Shown here: positions 40,290 through 50,085 of the stretch, one piece after another
How the letters are laid out: every line of letters begins with the position of its first letter
How positions within the stretch are numbered: position 1 is the stretch's first letter
NCBI GenBank assembly: GCA_964486045.1
Contig: CAZALK010000018.1
Span: 30,089-94,088, forward strand
Reading direction: 5' to 3'
Length of the DNA stretch: 64,000 bases
Source of the DNA: an uncultured archaeon
Lineage (GTDB): Archaea > Asgardarchaeota > Lokiarchaeia > Sigyniarchaeales > SOKP01
Program-made: the position numbers and the translations under genes
Notes under the pieces: generated by a model
What the model saw: only the letters and a program-made list of their open reading frames with translations
Told to the model about the DNA's origin: nothing
Databases searched by the model: none

Positions 40290-40704
40290 ATGGCTCGAGT
40301 TGAGAGAAATATTGAAATTAATGCATCTCAGGAAAAATTTTTTGAAATTTTAGATGATACCCTTGGTAGTACCAAATGGAATTACCAAAATCTCTGAGGA
40401 TCGATTTGATATAAAGTCTACTGTTGGAGATTTTACTTCTATTCGTACAGAAACTATAAAACCAGTTAAAATTTCCTTGAACATAGAGGGGGGAGTCTTC
40501 AATTCTATGGGATATATTTTAAACGTAAAAGGAGATATGGTTGATGTCAAACTCTGGGGTGAATTTGATGATGAGAAAAATGAAAAAATCTTGGTAAGTG
40601 CTGGGGAAGTGCTTCTAAAGTGTGTGAAAAATTATGCCGAATTTCTTGAAGATGGCGGTAACCCTGACGATTTTGATAAAAAACAAATAACAGTTGCTCC
40701 CTAA
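40290..40704 (+). pseudogene. SRPBCC/polyketide-cyclase-like protein with a frameshift near 40380
   Basis: GGTGA Shine-Dalgarno + ATG 40290 gives MARVERNIEINASQEKFFEILDDTLGSTKWN, then a stop at 40395; the rest (ITKISEDRFDIKSTVG...) continues in the +1 frame. Confidence 0.75.
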
Positions 40705-40960
40705 TTGTAATATTTTATTCTTAATTACTTTTTTTTTCATAAATATTTCTGTTATTAATGATTTAAGAGCAGGAACCTTACTGATTTCAAAAATTATGAA
40801 TGAATAATCAACATTTTAATTTAAAATGTTTAGCTGTTTCCGTAGAAAATGATTTTTCTTCAATTCAAAATGTTTTAATGATTTAGGAAACTTTGTTTGA
40901 TATTATTGTACCATTGATTTAAAAAAAAATTAAAAAAAACTAAAAATTAAGTGAAAAATT

Positions 40961-43126
40961 ATGGCTGTACCAATAATTTTAATCGTTGCCTTAATTGCTG
41001 GGATAATCTCTATTGCAATGTCGTTATACTTTAGATACTTAGTGTTAAAAGAAGACCCTGGAAACGAACAAATGCGAAAAGTTGCCGGATATATCGAAGA
41101 AGGAGCAAAGACCTATATAAAAATCCAATATAAGATTTTAGGAATTTTTGTGGGAGTCATTGCAGTTGCAATGTTATTTTTACCAAATCCTTTTGAAGAT
41201 AGCGATACCTATACAAGATTATTTTCAGGTGCATTAAATTGGGAGCAAATGATCGCTTATATAATTGGCGCAGTGGGATCTATGATGGCAGGTTGGTTAG
41301 GAATGTATGTTGGCGTTAAAGCAAATACCAGAGCAGCCCAAGGATGCACAATAGGAACTAAAAAGGGTTTTGATATTGCATTTTTTGGAGGGGCTGTTAT
41401 GGGACTTGCGGTAGTTGGTGTTGCATTAATCGGAGTTTCTACATTATATTGGATAATACCAGATCCCATGATAGTGCTGGGATTTAGCTTTGGGGCGAGT
41501 AGCGTCGCATTATTCATGAAATGTGGTGGGGGTATTTTCACGAAGACTGCAGATGTCGGCGCGGATCTTGTAGGAAAAGCAGAATATAATCTTCCTGAAG
41601 ATGATCCACGTAATCCCGCCACAATTGCTGACAATGTTGGTGATAATGTTGGTGATATAGCTGGTATGGGAAGTGACCTATTCGATTCTTATGTTGCATC
41701 TATAGTTGCTGCAATGATGCTTGCAGCTGCTTTTAGCATTACGGGAACCATTTATTTCCCTTTTGGGGGCATAGATTTAACAGCAGAAGGAAGAGCCGTA
41801 CTAGTAGTAGCACCCATAGTTTTATGCGGCGTTGGATTAATGGCATCGTTGATTGGAATATATATAATAAAACTGAAGGGTTCTGATGAGCCTGGAAAAG
41901 CATTAAATACAGGAACTTATCTAGCAACCTTAGTCTACTTTGGATTATCTGCTTTGGTTACTTTTCTCTTATCTATTGGATTAGAGGTAGCAGAAATAGG
42001 TTTACTATGGCGTATCTGGGGAACATCCGCAATTGGGCTAATAGGGGGTATTATTTTAGGATTTACAAGTGATTACTTTACAAGAGATGATAAAAAACCA
42101 ACAAGGAACATAGCTCATGCTGCTAAGGAGGGTCATGCCGTTGTAATCCTTTCTGGGTTCTCATATGGATTAATAAGCGTTGTTCCTCCCGCATTAGGAG
42201 TTATACTTGCCATGGCTGTTGCATTTTGGCTAGCTGGTTTTTTTGGAGTAGCAATGGCAGCTGTAGGTCTGTTATCAATTGTAGGAACTATAGTATCAAA
42301 TGATGCCTATGGACCTATTGTCGATAATGCAAGAGCAATAGCAGAACAAGGAAACTTAGGAGAAGATGTAATCCGTATAGCTGATCGTTTAGATTCAGCA
42401 GGAAATACGGCTAAAGCAATTACAAAGGGATTCGCCATAGGAGCTGCTAACCTTACTGTATTAGCATTACTATTTTCTTTTGTCGAAGAAGCTAGAGCTA
42501 AAGGAGCAACCATAGCTGCTATCGATTTATTAAATGTAAATGTTTTAATTGGTGCTTTTATTGGTGTAGTTATTCCTGCTCTGTTTTCTGCGTTATTAAT
42601 ATTAGCTGTACAAAGAAATGCCGCAAAGATGGTTGATGAAATTCGTAGACAATTTGAAGAAAATCCTAAAATCCTATCTGGAGAAGAACCTGCTGATTTC
42701 AGCAAAACTATAGATATAGCGACAAAGGGTTCCATAAGAGAATTAATATTACCTAGTCTCATTTCTATTTTAGTACCTATTGGTATTGGAATTTTGTTTG
42801 GTGTAGCAGCATTGGGCGCTTTCTTAGCTGGTGCGATTTTATCTGGATTTGTCTTTGCTGTGATGATGTCTAATGCGGGAGGTGCTTGGGATAACGCTAA
42901 GAAATGGATTGAAGATGGAAACTTAGGTGGTAAAGGAACCAATGTACATAAAGCTTCTATTACAGGAGATACTGTAGGAGATCCATTTAAAGATACCGCA
43001 GGACCCAGTATAAATACTCTATTAGTAGTAATGTCTTTAACAGCATCGATTTTTTTGGGATTTCTATTATTATTCAATGGAGGAGCTGGACTTTTCGCTA
43101 ATCTTTTAACGATAGTAATTCCCTAA
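40961..43126 (+). CDS. hppA: Membrane-bound cation-translocating pyrophosphatase
   Basis: GGGIFTKTADVGADLVGK; EDDPRNPATIADNVGDNVGD; DAYGPIVDNA; GGAWDNAKK; GDTVGDPFKDTAGP. Confidence 0.97.
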   Translation: MAVPIILIVALIAGIISIAMSLYFRYLVLKEDPGNEQMRKVAGYIEEGAKTYIKIQYKILGIFVGVIAVAMLFLPNPFEDSDTYTRLFSGALNWEQMIAYIIGAVGSMMAGWLGMYVGVKANTRAAQGCTIGTKKGFDIAFFGGAVMGLAVVGVALIGVSTLYWIIPDPMIVLGFSFGASSVALFMKCGGGIFTKTADVGADLVGKAEYNLPEDDPRNPATIADNVGDNVGDIAGMGSDLFDSYVASIVAAMMLAAAFSITGTIYFPFGGIDLTAEGRAVLVVAPIVLCGVGLMASLIGIYIIKLKGSDEPGKALNTGTYLATLVYFGLSALVTFLLSIGLEVAEIGLLWRIWGTSAIGLIGGIILGFTSDYFTRDDKKPTRNIAHAAKEGHAVVILSGFSYGLISVVPPALGVILAMAVAFWLAGFFGVAMAAVGLLSIVGTIVSNDAYGPIVDNARAIAEQGNLGEDVIRIADRLDSAGNTAKAITKGFAIGAANLTVLALLFSFVEEARAKGATIAAIDLLNVNVLIGAFIGVVIPALFSALLILAVQRNAAKMVDEIRRQFEENPKILSGEEPADFSKTIDIATKGSIRELILPSLISILVPIGIGILFGVAALGAFLAGAILSGFVFAVMMSNAGGAWDNAKKWIEDGNLGGKGTNVHKASITGDTVGDPFKDTAGPSINTLLVVMSLTASIFLGFLLLFNGGAGLFANLLTIVIP

Positions 43127-43264
43127 TTTAAATATATGATTATAAGAGCAATAAAAAAACTTCTTTTTTTCATATTTTTTATTTTTTTATCCTCTTTATG
43201 GATTATATCAAGACTTTTGAAAAAAGAATTTTTATAAGAATCGGTAATATTTAGATAAGTATTA

Positions 43265-44065
43265 ATGAGTAAAATCCTCAAAAAAGTTTCCCAGAATATC
43301 ATAAATTCTTACATTGAGAAAAATCTAGATGATTTTTACATCAAATCTTCGACACATTCTAACTTCAATTCCCATCTAGAAAATAAAATATGCTGGGTCC
43401 TTGCTAAGGAAGTAGACTGGCCTGAGTGTATATTTAGAGCCGATTTTGAAAACCTAAGTACACAATATGAGATAATAACAGTAAAAAAATTAATTCAAGA
43501 AGGTAAAGCACCAAATGGATGGACGGTAGGACCTTTGACAACTCCCAAAAATTTAGGTAGTATTCTAGAAAAATTTGGTTTTTCAAATGTCTACCATCAA
43601 GCGGGAATGGCACTTGAACTAAAAGATATTTCTAATCAAGTAGTAACTGAAAATGAATTAGATATTGAAATTGTTGAGGATAAAGAACGTCTAAAGCAGT
43701 GGATGGATGTTGTTTCACCAGTTTTTGGCATAAAAATTGATTATGAATTATTGGAATACTTACTTATAGAACCTGAAGCAAGATTCTATATCGGAAATTT
43801 TCAAGAAAAGTCAGTAACGTCTTTAATGCTTTATCTATCTTCAGGAGTGGCTGGGCTTCATGCTGTATCTACATTAAAAGAATACAGAGGTCGGGGTTTT
43901 GGACTTGCTATAAGTTTGAAGGCATTACTAGATGCTTATAAAATGGGGTATAGGGTTGGAGTACTTCAAGCATCAGCTCTGGGTGAAAATATGTACAGAA
44001 AATTAGGATTTAGTAAATTTTGCGATATAATTACATTTGAATTAGATGTTGAAAACAAGGTTTGA
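43265..44065 (+). CDS. GNAT-family acetyltransferase
   Basis: VSTLKEYRGRGFG; LQASALGENMYRKLGF. Confidence 0.88.
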   Translation: MSKILKKVSQNIINSYIEKNLDDFYIKSSTHSNFNSHLENKICWVLAKEVDWPECIFRADFENLSTQYEIITVKKLIQEGKAPNGWTVGPLTTPKNLGSILEKFGFSNVYHQAGMALELKDISNQVVTENELDIEIVEDKERLKQWMDVVSPVFGIKIDYELLEYLLIEPEARFYIGNFQEKSVTSLMLYLSSGVAGLHAVSTLKEYRGRGFGLAISLKALLDAYKMGYRVGVLQASALGENMYRKLGFSKFCDIITFELDVENKV

Positions 44066-44087
44066 ACTGAAAAAACAGTAGATTTGA

Positions 44088-44915
44088 CTATTCTGTGTAA
44101 AATTGTTTAATTTCTGCTTCTGTTAGATTTATATCTGCCGCTGCTGCATTATCTTCTATGTGTTTGACTTGAAACGCTTTAGGAATTGCTATAACATTTT
44201 CATGATTGATAAGCCACGCAAGCGTGATTTGTTGAATAGTCGCATTATACGAATTAGCTACTTGTTCCAATTTAGATCTAATATCTACCTTTAAATTAGT
44301 ATATCCTCTATGGCTTAAAGGGCTGTAAGCAGTTAATAAAACTCCTTCCTTCTTGTAATAAGGTAAGGAGTTATGGATATGTTTCTGTCTCAAAATGTTT
44401 GCGCGAAGTTGATTTGTAACTATTTCTGCCTTTTTGAGATACTCCTGACCTTGTTTAAATTGATCTACAGAATAATTGCTAACACCAATATATCTTATTT
44501 TACCCTCATTTAAGAGTTGTTCCATTAACCTCATATGTTTTTTAATTTTATTAAACCCTAATGAAGGAAAATGTACTAAATATAAATCTAGATATTTAGT
44601 ATCTAACCGTTCTAAACTTTTATTACACGCTTTAATCATTGATTTAAATCCAAGATGCTTCGGAAATAGCTTACTTGTAATAAATACATCATCTCTATCA
44701 TATTCCTTTATCACTTCTCCAATCGTTCGCTCAGAAGCTCCAAAATTATAAAGCTCTGCTGTGTCAATATGCGTCATTCCGAGCTCAATTCCCCTTTTCA
44801 GTGAATTTCTCCATTTTTCATAATATTCTTTATCTTTTCCTGATTTGATCCCCATAGTACCCTGTCCTATAACCGGGATTTGTTCTCCAGTTTTACCTAA
44901 TTGAACTTTTCTCAT
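44088..44915 (-). CDS. Aldo/keto reductase
   Basis: IGQGT; IDTAELY; FITSK; DLYLVHFP; IGVSN; AYSPL; IPKA. Confidence 0.93.
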   Translation of the reverse strand: MRKVQLGKTGEQIPVIGQGTMGIKSGKDKEYYEKWRNSLKRGIELGMTHIDTAELYNFGASERTIGEVIKEYDRDDVFITSKLFPKHLGFKSMIKACNKSLERLDTKYLDLYLVHFPSLGFNKIKKHMRLMEQLLNEGKIRYIGVSNYSVDQFKQGQEYLKKAEIVTNQLRANILRQKHIHNSLPYYKKEGVLLTAYSPLSHRGYTNLKVDIRSKLEQVANSYNATIQQITLAWLINHENVIAIPKAFQVKHIEDNAAAADINLTEAEIKQFYTE

Positions 44916-45009
44916 ATCGATAATAACGTCCCATAAAATTTAATCTCAATTCTTATTATTTATTAATATTGTCAAGGTAGAGAAAAAAAAATTAATTACT
45001 AAATTTAAG

Positions 45010-45345
45010 AGTGACAGCTTGAGTTTGTACCCCCCTTTCTGTCTACTACTTCTGTCGCCAAAAGTAGGATCGAGCATCAAACTAAGCGGCCTACCTAAAG
45101 CTAGCTCCAAGTACCTTATCGCTTTCATTTGGCCTTGCACCAAGGTGTTAGCTCGTTCCAACCATTCCTTCTTACAATTTCTCTGGCTTATATCCAAATC
45201 ATTAATATACGTAAAAAGGCAGTGTCGTTTCAGTTGCTAAATTACGGTTTTCACCGTAGTAGTTCTCTACACCTTGCTTGGAGGGTGAGGGGAGGTTCCT
45301 CAGCGAGTTAAACTCACCGTCAGCTCGACAACTCAATCTGTCACT
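45010..45345 (-). ncRNA. rnpB: Archaeal RNase P RNA
   Basis: Minus strand has GAGGAACCUCCCCUC near the 5' end and ACAGAAAGGGGGGUAC near the 3' end (P4 halves); also GGUGCAAGG and a terminal P1 helix AGUGACAG-A-UUGAGUU / AACUCAA-G-CUGUCACU; GC-enriched intergenic tract. Confidence 0.92.
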
Positions 45346-45505
45346 AAAATTAAGTATAAAAAATATAAATACTCTCCTATTGTCTTCTTAAATTTATTCT
45401 TATTTTAACTCTAAATTTGTAAAATGATTCAAAATTCAGAGAGATTTGATAAACAAGAGATCTAGGACATAAAAAAATATATAAATAATAAAAAAAAAAA
45501 ATTAA

Positions 45506-48331
45506 TTATTGATGCCTAAATTTACTTCTTTTCTTTTTAATTACTACTGCTGTAACACCAACGATTGATACAATTAATATTAGTGTATCGTAACCGGGAA
45601 TTTGGTCTATAGGAAAATCTTCAGAAGTTTCATACCGGATATTATAAACATTTCCAGTGTTATCACCATAAACTCTAATATAGTAAAAACCACTACTCGG
45701 TACAACAAAGTCAATAGATGCATCATCGACCATCGAGAAATTTCCTGTTATTACGGTGAGGTCAACATTGTAAATTTCAAAACCCAGCATTCCTTCTGCA
45801 ATATCATATTTCATATCTACAATCAAACGCTCAAATCCAGTCTCTACGTAAAATTCATACCAATCTTCATCATACTGCACAGCTAATCCCTGATCTTCCC
45901 ATAACGACATATGACGATCTATGAATGATATATCATAAGCAGATGTCGAAACGTCATTATCCTCATACATATCATCAGAAAACCAAGATTTTACATCATC
46001 CCACCAGAGATCATATTCGTTCCCTAAATTTTCACCAAAAACTTTAATAAGGTAAAATCCACCCCTCGGAGCCGTAACATTAATATATTCACTATTATTA
46101 ATAGAATAACTTCCAACACCTGTAAAAACTATATCCCAATGAAAATTACCAGATGCGTCCAAAATTCTATCTAAGAAATAAATTTCCATATTGATGTCCC
46201 CTAACGAATGGTTAAAATTTAGTTTGACTTCAAGATTTAAGAATCCGGGTGTCAATTCAATAGCATACCAATCATCGTTCCCTTGGTTAGCTACACCTTC
46301 AAGATCACTAAGCCAGGTTTGTTCATTTTGAGCAAGAAAGGAAGGATGACCTTCGTGAAGCATAAGAGGTTGATCGTTTATTTCGTATGGATCATCTCCT
46401 ATTGCAGGAATCGTGTTAACCATCAAATCATAATGATTCCCATAATTAGGTCCGTAAACAAGGATGTAGTACCATCCACTCCCAGGGAGAATGATATCGA
46501 TAAATTCACGATTATTTGTAGAATGACTCCCTGCAATAAATTCAAGACTGGAATTAAACACTTCAACATTAATATCACCCGCAAAGTTGTCATAAAAAAG
46601 TTCTAACACCAATCGCTCGTTACCGGGTTCTACATAAATCTCAAACCAGTCATCGTCAAATTGAAATCCGGGACCATATACTTCAGTTAACCACCATCCT
46701 TGGTAACTGGATAGATCAAAAGCTTCAAGATTGTTATTGTTAAATTCATATGAATCATCATATGTAGTCGATATATCAGAGTAGTCTTCCCACCAGAGAT
46801 CATAAACAGTACTTTGGTTGTCTCCGTAGACTTTAATATAATAATAATTTCCTTCACTAAGTTGAATGTCAAAATATTCATCATCCTCAAAAGTGTTACT
46901 ACCTCCAAGAGGGTTAAAGCTTGTATCAAAAATTTCAAGTCCAATATTACCCTGAGTATTACTGTAGACTAGTTCTACATAGAGCCAATTTTCTCCAAAG
47001 TCTAAATAAACTTCGTACCAATCTTCATCCAATTGAATTCCTAACCCATTATTCCAATATACATCGCTTAACCATGTCGCTTGATATGGTGAAATATAAG
47101 GCCCAATATCATTTTCTTCATAATTATCGTCAGGTATCAAATGATTACGATCTTCCCATAATAGGTCATAGTGATTCCCAGCATTACCATAGTACACTCT
47201 TAGAAAATAGGTTCCCGCTGTAAGGAGTTGAATATCGATAAACTCGTTATCAGACACTGATGTACTGCTTATCACTGTAAAATTGTTTACATCTCTTAGT
47301 TCAATGTCAATATCACCTTCCCAATGAAAAAAGCGAAGAAAGACAATGAGACGTAATTGTCCTGACTTAACTTGAATTCTATAGTAGTCTTCATCAAATT
47401 GAGCACCACTTCCCATTATCTGACTCAACCATCTTCCTTCAAAAGAAGTGAGATCGAAAGCATTAAAACTGTCGTCATTTTCTTCATAAGCATCTTCCGA
47501 GCCTTCCCACCTGAGATCATACTCATTTGTGGCATTCTCACCATAAATGCGTATATAGTAAATTCCAGTCAAGGTAACGAAAGTATCGATAAATGTGTCA
47601 AAAGTCCAATCTATAAGATTAAGAGTAAATCCGTCATAATGATAAAGTTCAAAGTCAATATCTCCATCAAACTGGTTATAATCGACTTCTATATGAATCC
47701 AATCCTCTCCAGGCATTAAAAATACTTTATACCAGTCATCATCGGCTTGTATCCCTCTGTGAATCTTAAATCTATGATTTGGCCCTGAAATGTCAGTAGC
47801 ATTAAACCAATCGTCGTTTTCTTCATATTCATCATCTGTAAAATAGCTCTCCCACATTAAATCATAAAAATTCCCTGTAAAATTACCAAGCACTTTGATG
47901 TAATAATAACCGTCATGAGGTGCAAAAAAATCAATATATTCATCATTAGTCGGAGAATTACTAGAAGCGTGAAGAATTCCCCATTCATCCCATAATTCCA
48001 AATCGATATTTCCAAGAGTATTCAAAAAAGTTAAGTTGACTTTCACGTGCTGGTATCCAAACTCAATATATATCCCATAATAGTCGTCATCAAAAAGAAC
48101 ACCATTTCCACTGATATTACTTAACCAAACTCCTTGGTAAAAAGAGATGTCATATGCCTGCCAGTCATAATCATTGTCTTCATATAAATCATCGCCTGCA
48201 CTAATTGAAAGTGAATTTTCATCAAAATCCTTGTTTGTTGTCCAAAAATCTATAAGTGAGATACTAGTACTAAAAATAAGAAGTAAAAATATGATAGATA
48301 CTCCAATCTTCATATTTTTTCCTAGTTTCAT
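45506..48331 (-). CDS. Surface protein with 7 tandem PPC-like acidic (Ca-binding) domains and a C-terminal IPGY-TM-basic sorting signal
   Basis: N-terminal signal helix; seven (D/E)DxYExN(D/N)...D(D/E)DWY...GDID..L...E.I...G.YYI.V.G...Y.L units; IPGYDTLILIVSIVGVTAVVIKKKR. Confidence 0.85.
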   Translation of the reverse strand: MKLGKNMKIGVSIIFLLLIFSTSISLIDFWTTNKDFDENSLSISAGDDLYEDNDYDWQAYDISFYQGVWLSNISGNGVLFDDDYYGIYIEFGYQHVKVNLTFLNTLGNIDLELWDEWGILHASSNSPTNDEYIDFFAPHDGYYYIKVLGNFTGNFYDLMWESYFTDDEYEENDDWFNATDISGPNHRFKIHRGIQADDDWYKVFLMPGEDWIHIEVDYNQFDGDIDFELYHYDGFTLNLIDWTFDTFIDTFVTLTGIYYIRIYGENATNEYDLRWEGSEDAYEENDDSFNAFDLTSFEGRWLSQIMGSGAQFDEDYYRIQVKSGQLRLIVFLRFFHWEGDIDIELRDVNNFTVISSTSVSDNEFIDIQLLTAGTYFLRVYYGNAGNHYDLLWEDRNHLIPDDNYEENDIGPYISPYQATWLSDVYWNNGLGIQLDEDWYEVYLDFGENWLYVELVYSNTQGNIGLEIFDTSFNPLGGSNTFEDDEYFDIQLSEGNYYYIKVYGDNQSTVYDLWWEDYSDISTTYDDSYEFNNNNLEAFDLSSYQGWWLTEVYGPGFQFDDDWFEIYVEPGNERLVLELFYDNFAGDINVEVFNSSLEFIAGSHSTNNREFIDIILPGSGWYYILVYGPNYGNHYDLMVNTIPAIGDDPYEINDQPLMLHEGHPSFLAQNEQTWLSDLEGVANQGNDDWYAIELTPGFLNLEVKLNFNHSLGDINMEIYFLDRILDASGNFHWDIVFTGVGSYSINNSEYINVTAPRGGFYLIKVFGENLGNEYDLWWDDVKSWFSDDMYEDNDVSTSAYDISFIDRHMSLWEDQGLAVQYDEDWYEFYVETGFERLIVDMKYDIAEGMLGFEIYNVDLTVITGNFSMVDDASIDFVVPSSGFYYIRVYGDNTGNVYNIRYETSEDFPIDQIPGYDTLILIVSIVGVTAVVIKKKRSKFRHQ

Positions 48332-48538
48332 ATCAAGCTAGCCTAGATTTACCTATATAAATTTAACAGTTAAGTTAAAATGAGTATTCCAAAGATACGA
48401 ACAACTAACTTATCTTTTTTGATAACAAAACATGAAACATCAAAGAAGTAAAATCGAAAAAAAAAGAAAAGAATGAATAATTTGTCTAATAATTTATGAT
48501 CTTTGCCTTAAATTCATTGATATTAATAAAAAATATGA

Positions 48539-48655
48539 TTAATCTGCCAAACTAAAGGTACAGTCAGTATCTCCACATCCTGGGCACTTAAAACCATCTT
48601 CAGGGAAATCATCTAATTCAAATTCGTGATCACATTTATCACATTTCCATTTCAA
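48539..48655 (-). CDS. 38-aa rubredoxin-like metal-binding microprotein
   Basis: TTG start after GAAGGGGA; MKWKCDKCDHEFELDDFPEDGFKCPGCGDTDCTFSLAD; not in ORF track. Confidence 0.8.
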   Translation of the reverse strand: MKWKCDKCDHEFELDDFPEDGFKCPGCGDTDCTFSLAD

Positions 48656-48761
48656 AAATTATTCCCCTTCAAATTAAAAGATTGATACACCTAATACAAG
48701 TAAAATATTCATAATATAAAGTTTTGTGAAAGAAAAACCTAAATTTTTGAATCTACATGGC

Positions 48762-48782
48762 GTTATATTTACACAATATAAC
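48762..48782. promoter_or_regulatory. Palindromic operator-like site
   Basis: GTTATATT-TACAC-AATATAAC, perfect 8-bp inverted repeat between the divergent microprotein and hydrolase genes. Confidence 0.4.
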
Positions 48783-49132
48783 ACTTAACTCGTCTTATAA
48801 TAAGGTTTTTGAATGTTGAGTTAGTCTAGGTTAAACAATTTTACATTTAGAAGATTTATAAGGTGATCATTTATTGGATATTTAGTTATAAACCCAAATG
48901 GTACTATAATTGAAAGATCAGAAACGGGTATTTTAGTTATAAAATCTTGAAATTTCCAAGAAAATATTCAACTAATTTAGTAATAAATGTATTTTTATGG
49001 CATCTTTGTAAACCATTACTGAATATTTATTGATTTACATAATTGAATAATGTAAATTTAAAATATGTAAGAATTTAAATGGGATTATAAAATAATTAAT
49101 TGTATTGAAAAATTTCAATTAGAGGTGAAAAT

Positions 49133-50080
49133 GTGAAAAGTTCTACGTTTAATTTTACAGATCAAGATGATATCGAGATTTTTGTGTATAAATGGGAACC
49201 AGATGTAGGATCTAAAGCTGCTGTACAATTAATTCATGGTCTTACGGAACATGCGAAAAGATATGCTCGAGTGGCAGAAGCACTATGCAATGAAGGATAT
49301 ATTTGTTATGCAAATGATCAACGAGGTCACGGAAGAACTGCTGGAGATTTAACTGAAGCTACTTTAAAAGGGAATGCTGGAGTTCTAGGCCCAAATGGGT
49401 GGAGGGGGGTAGTTAATGATATTCACGAATTATCAAAAATTATAAAAAAAGAGCATCCTAATATTCCATTGTTTTTAATAGGACATTCTTGGGGCGCTTT
49501 TGTAGCGCAAGATTTTATTCAAGAATGGGGAAATGAGATTAATGGTTGTATTTTAAGTGGGACTAATGGAAAAGTAAGATATTTAGTAATAAAAGCCGGA
49601 AAATTGATTCTTAAATTTGAAATTAAGAAATTAGGTCTAACTGAACCAAGTCAAAAAATGTATGATATGAATTTTAAATCTAATAATCGAGATTGGAAAC
49701 AGGAGGAAGGTGCAACAGGGTATGAATGGCTTAGTAGAGATAAAGTGGAGGTTCAAAAATATATTGATGATCCATGGTGCGGATTTGTCAGTCCTGCTAC
49801 TCTTTGGTTAGAATTTATCAGAGGATTTGACAAGATATACAATTCTGAAAACGAACAAAAAATACCGAAAAATTTACCAATTCATTTTATCTCAGGCTCA
49901 TTATGCCCTATTGGAAATAAGACTAAAGGTGTGAAAGCAATGATTAACCGATTAAAGAAATATGGAATGAAGGAGGTAACTTATAAATTCTATGAAGATG
50001 CCAGGCATGAGTTGTTCAATGAAATCAACCGCAACGAAGTTATTGGAGATGTTATTAATTGGCTCGATTCAAACTTATAA
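49133..50080 (+). CDS. Alpha/beta hydrolase (lysophospholipase/monoacylglycerol lipase family)
   Basis: HGLTEH; DQRGHG; GHSWG nucleophile elbow; WLSRD; ARHELFNE. Confidence 0.9.
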   Translation: MKSSTFNFTDQDDIEIFVYKWEPDVGSKAAVQLIHGLTEHAKRYARVAEALCNEGYICYANDQRGHGRTAGDLTEATLKGNAGVLGPNGWRGVVNDIHELSKIIKKEHPNIPLFLIGHSWGAFVAQDFIQEWGNEINGCILSGTNGKVRYLVIKAGKLILKFEIKKLGLTEPSQKMYDMNFKSNNRDWKQEEGATGYEWLSRDKVEVQKYIDDPWCGFVSPATLWLEFIRGFDKIYNSENEQKIPKNLPIHFISGSLCPIGNKTKGVKAMINRLKKYGMKEVTYKFYEDARHELFNEINRNEVIGDVINWLDSNL

Positions 50081-50085
50081 TTTTC

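Noticed and set aside
40356-40397. Hairpin UUGGUAGU/AUUACCAA at the SRPBCC frameshift as a BHB intron
   Set aside because: The central helix has a mismatch, and canonical cuts would remove 33 nt and lead straight into UGA, not restoring the frame
42307-43077. 256-aa antisense ORF and other shadow ORFs inside hppA, dnaK, dnaJ, purA, the MCP and similar genes
   Set aside because: Antisense or out-of-frame shadows of well-supported genes
44946-45311. Three short ORFs (44946-45197, 45019-45240, 45129-45311)
   Set aside because: They overlap the RNase P RNA; by-products of its higher GC content
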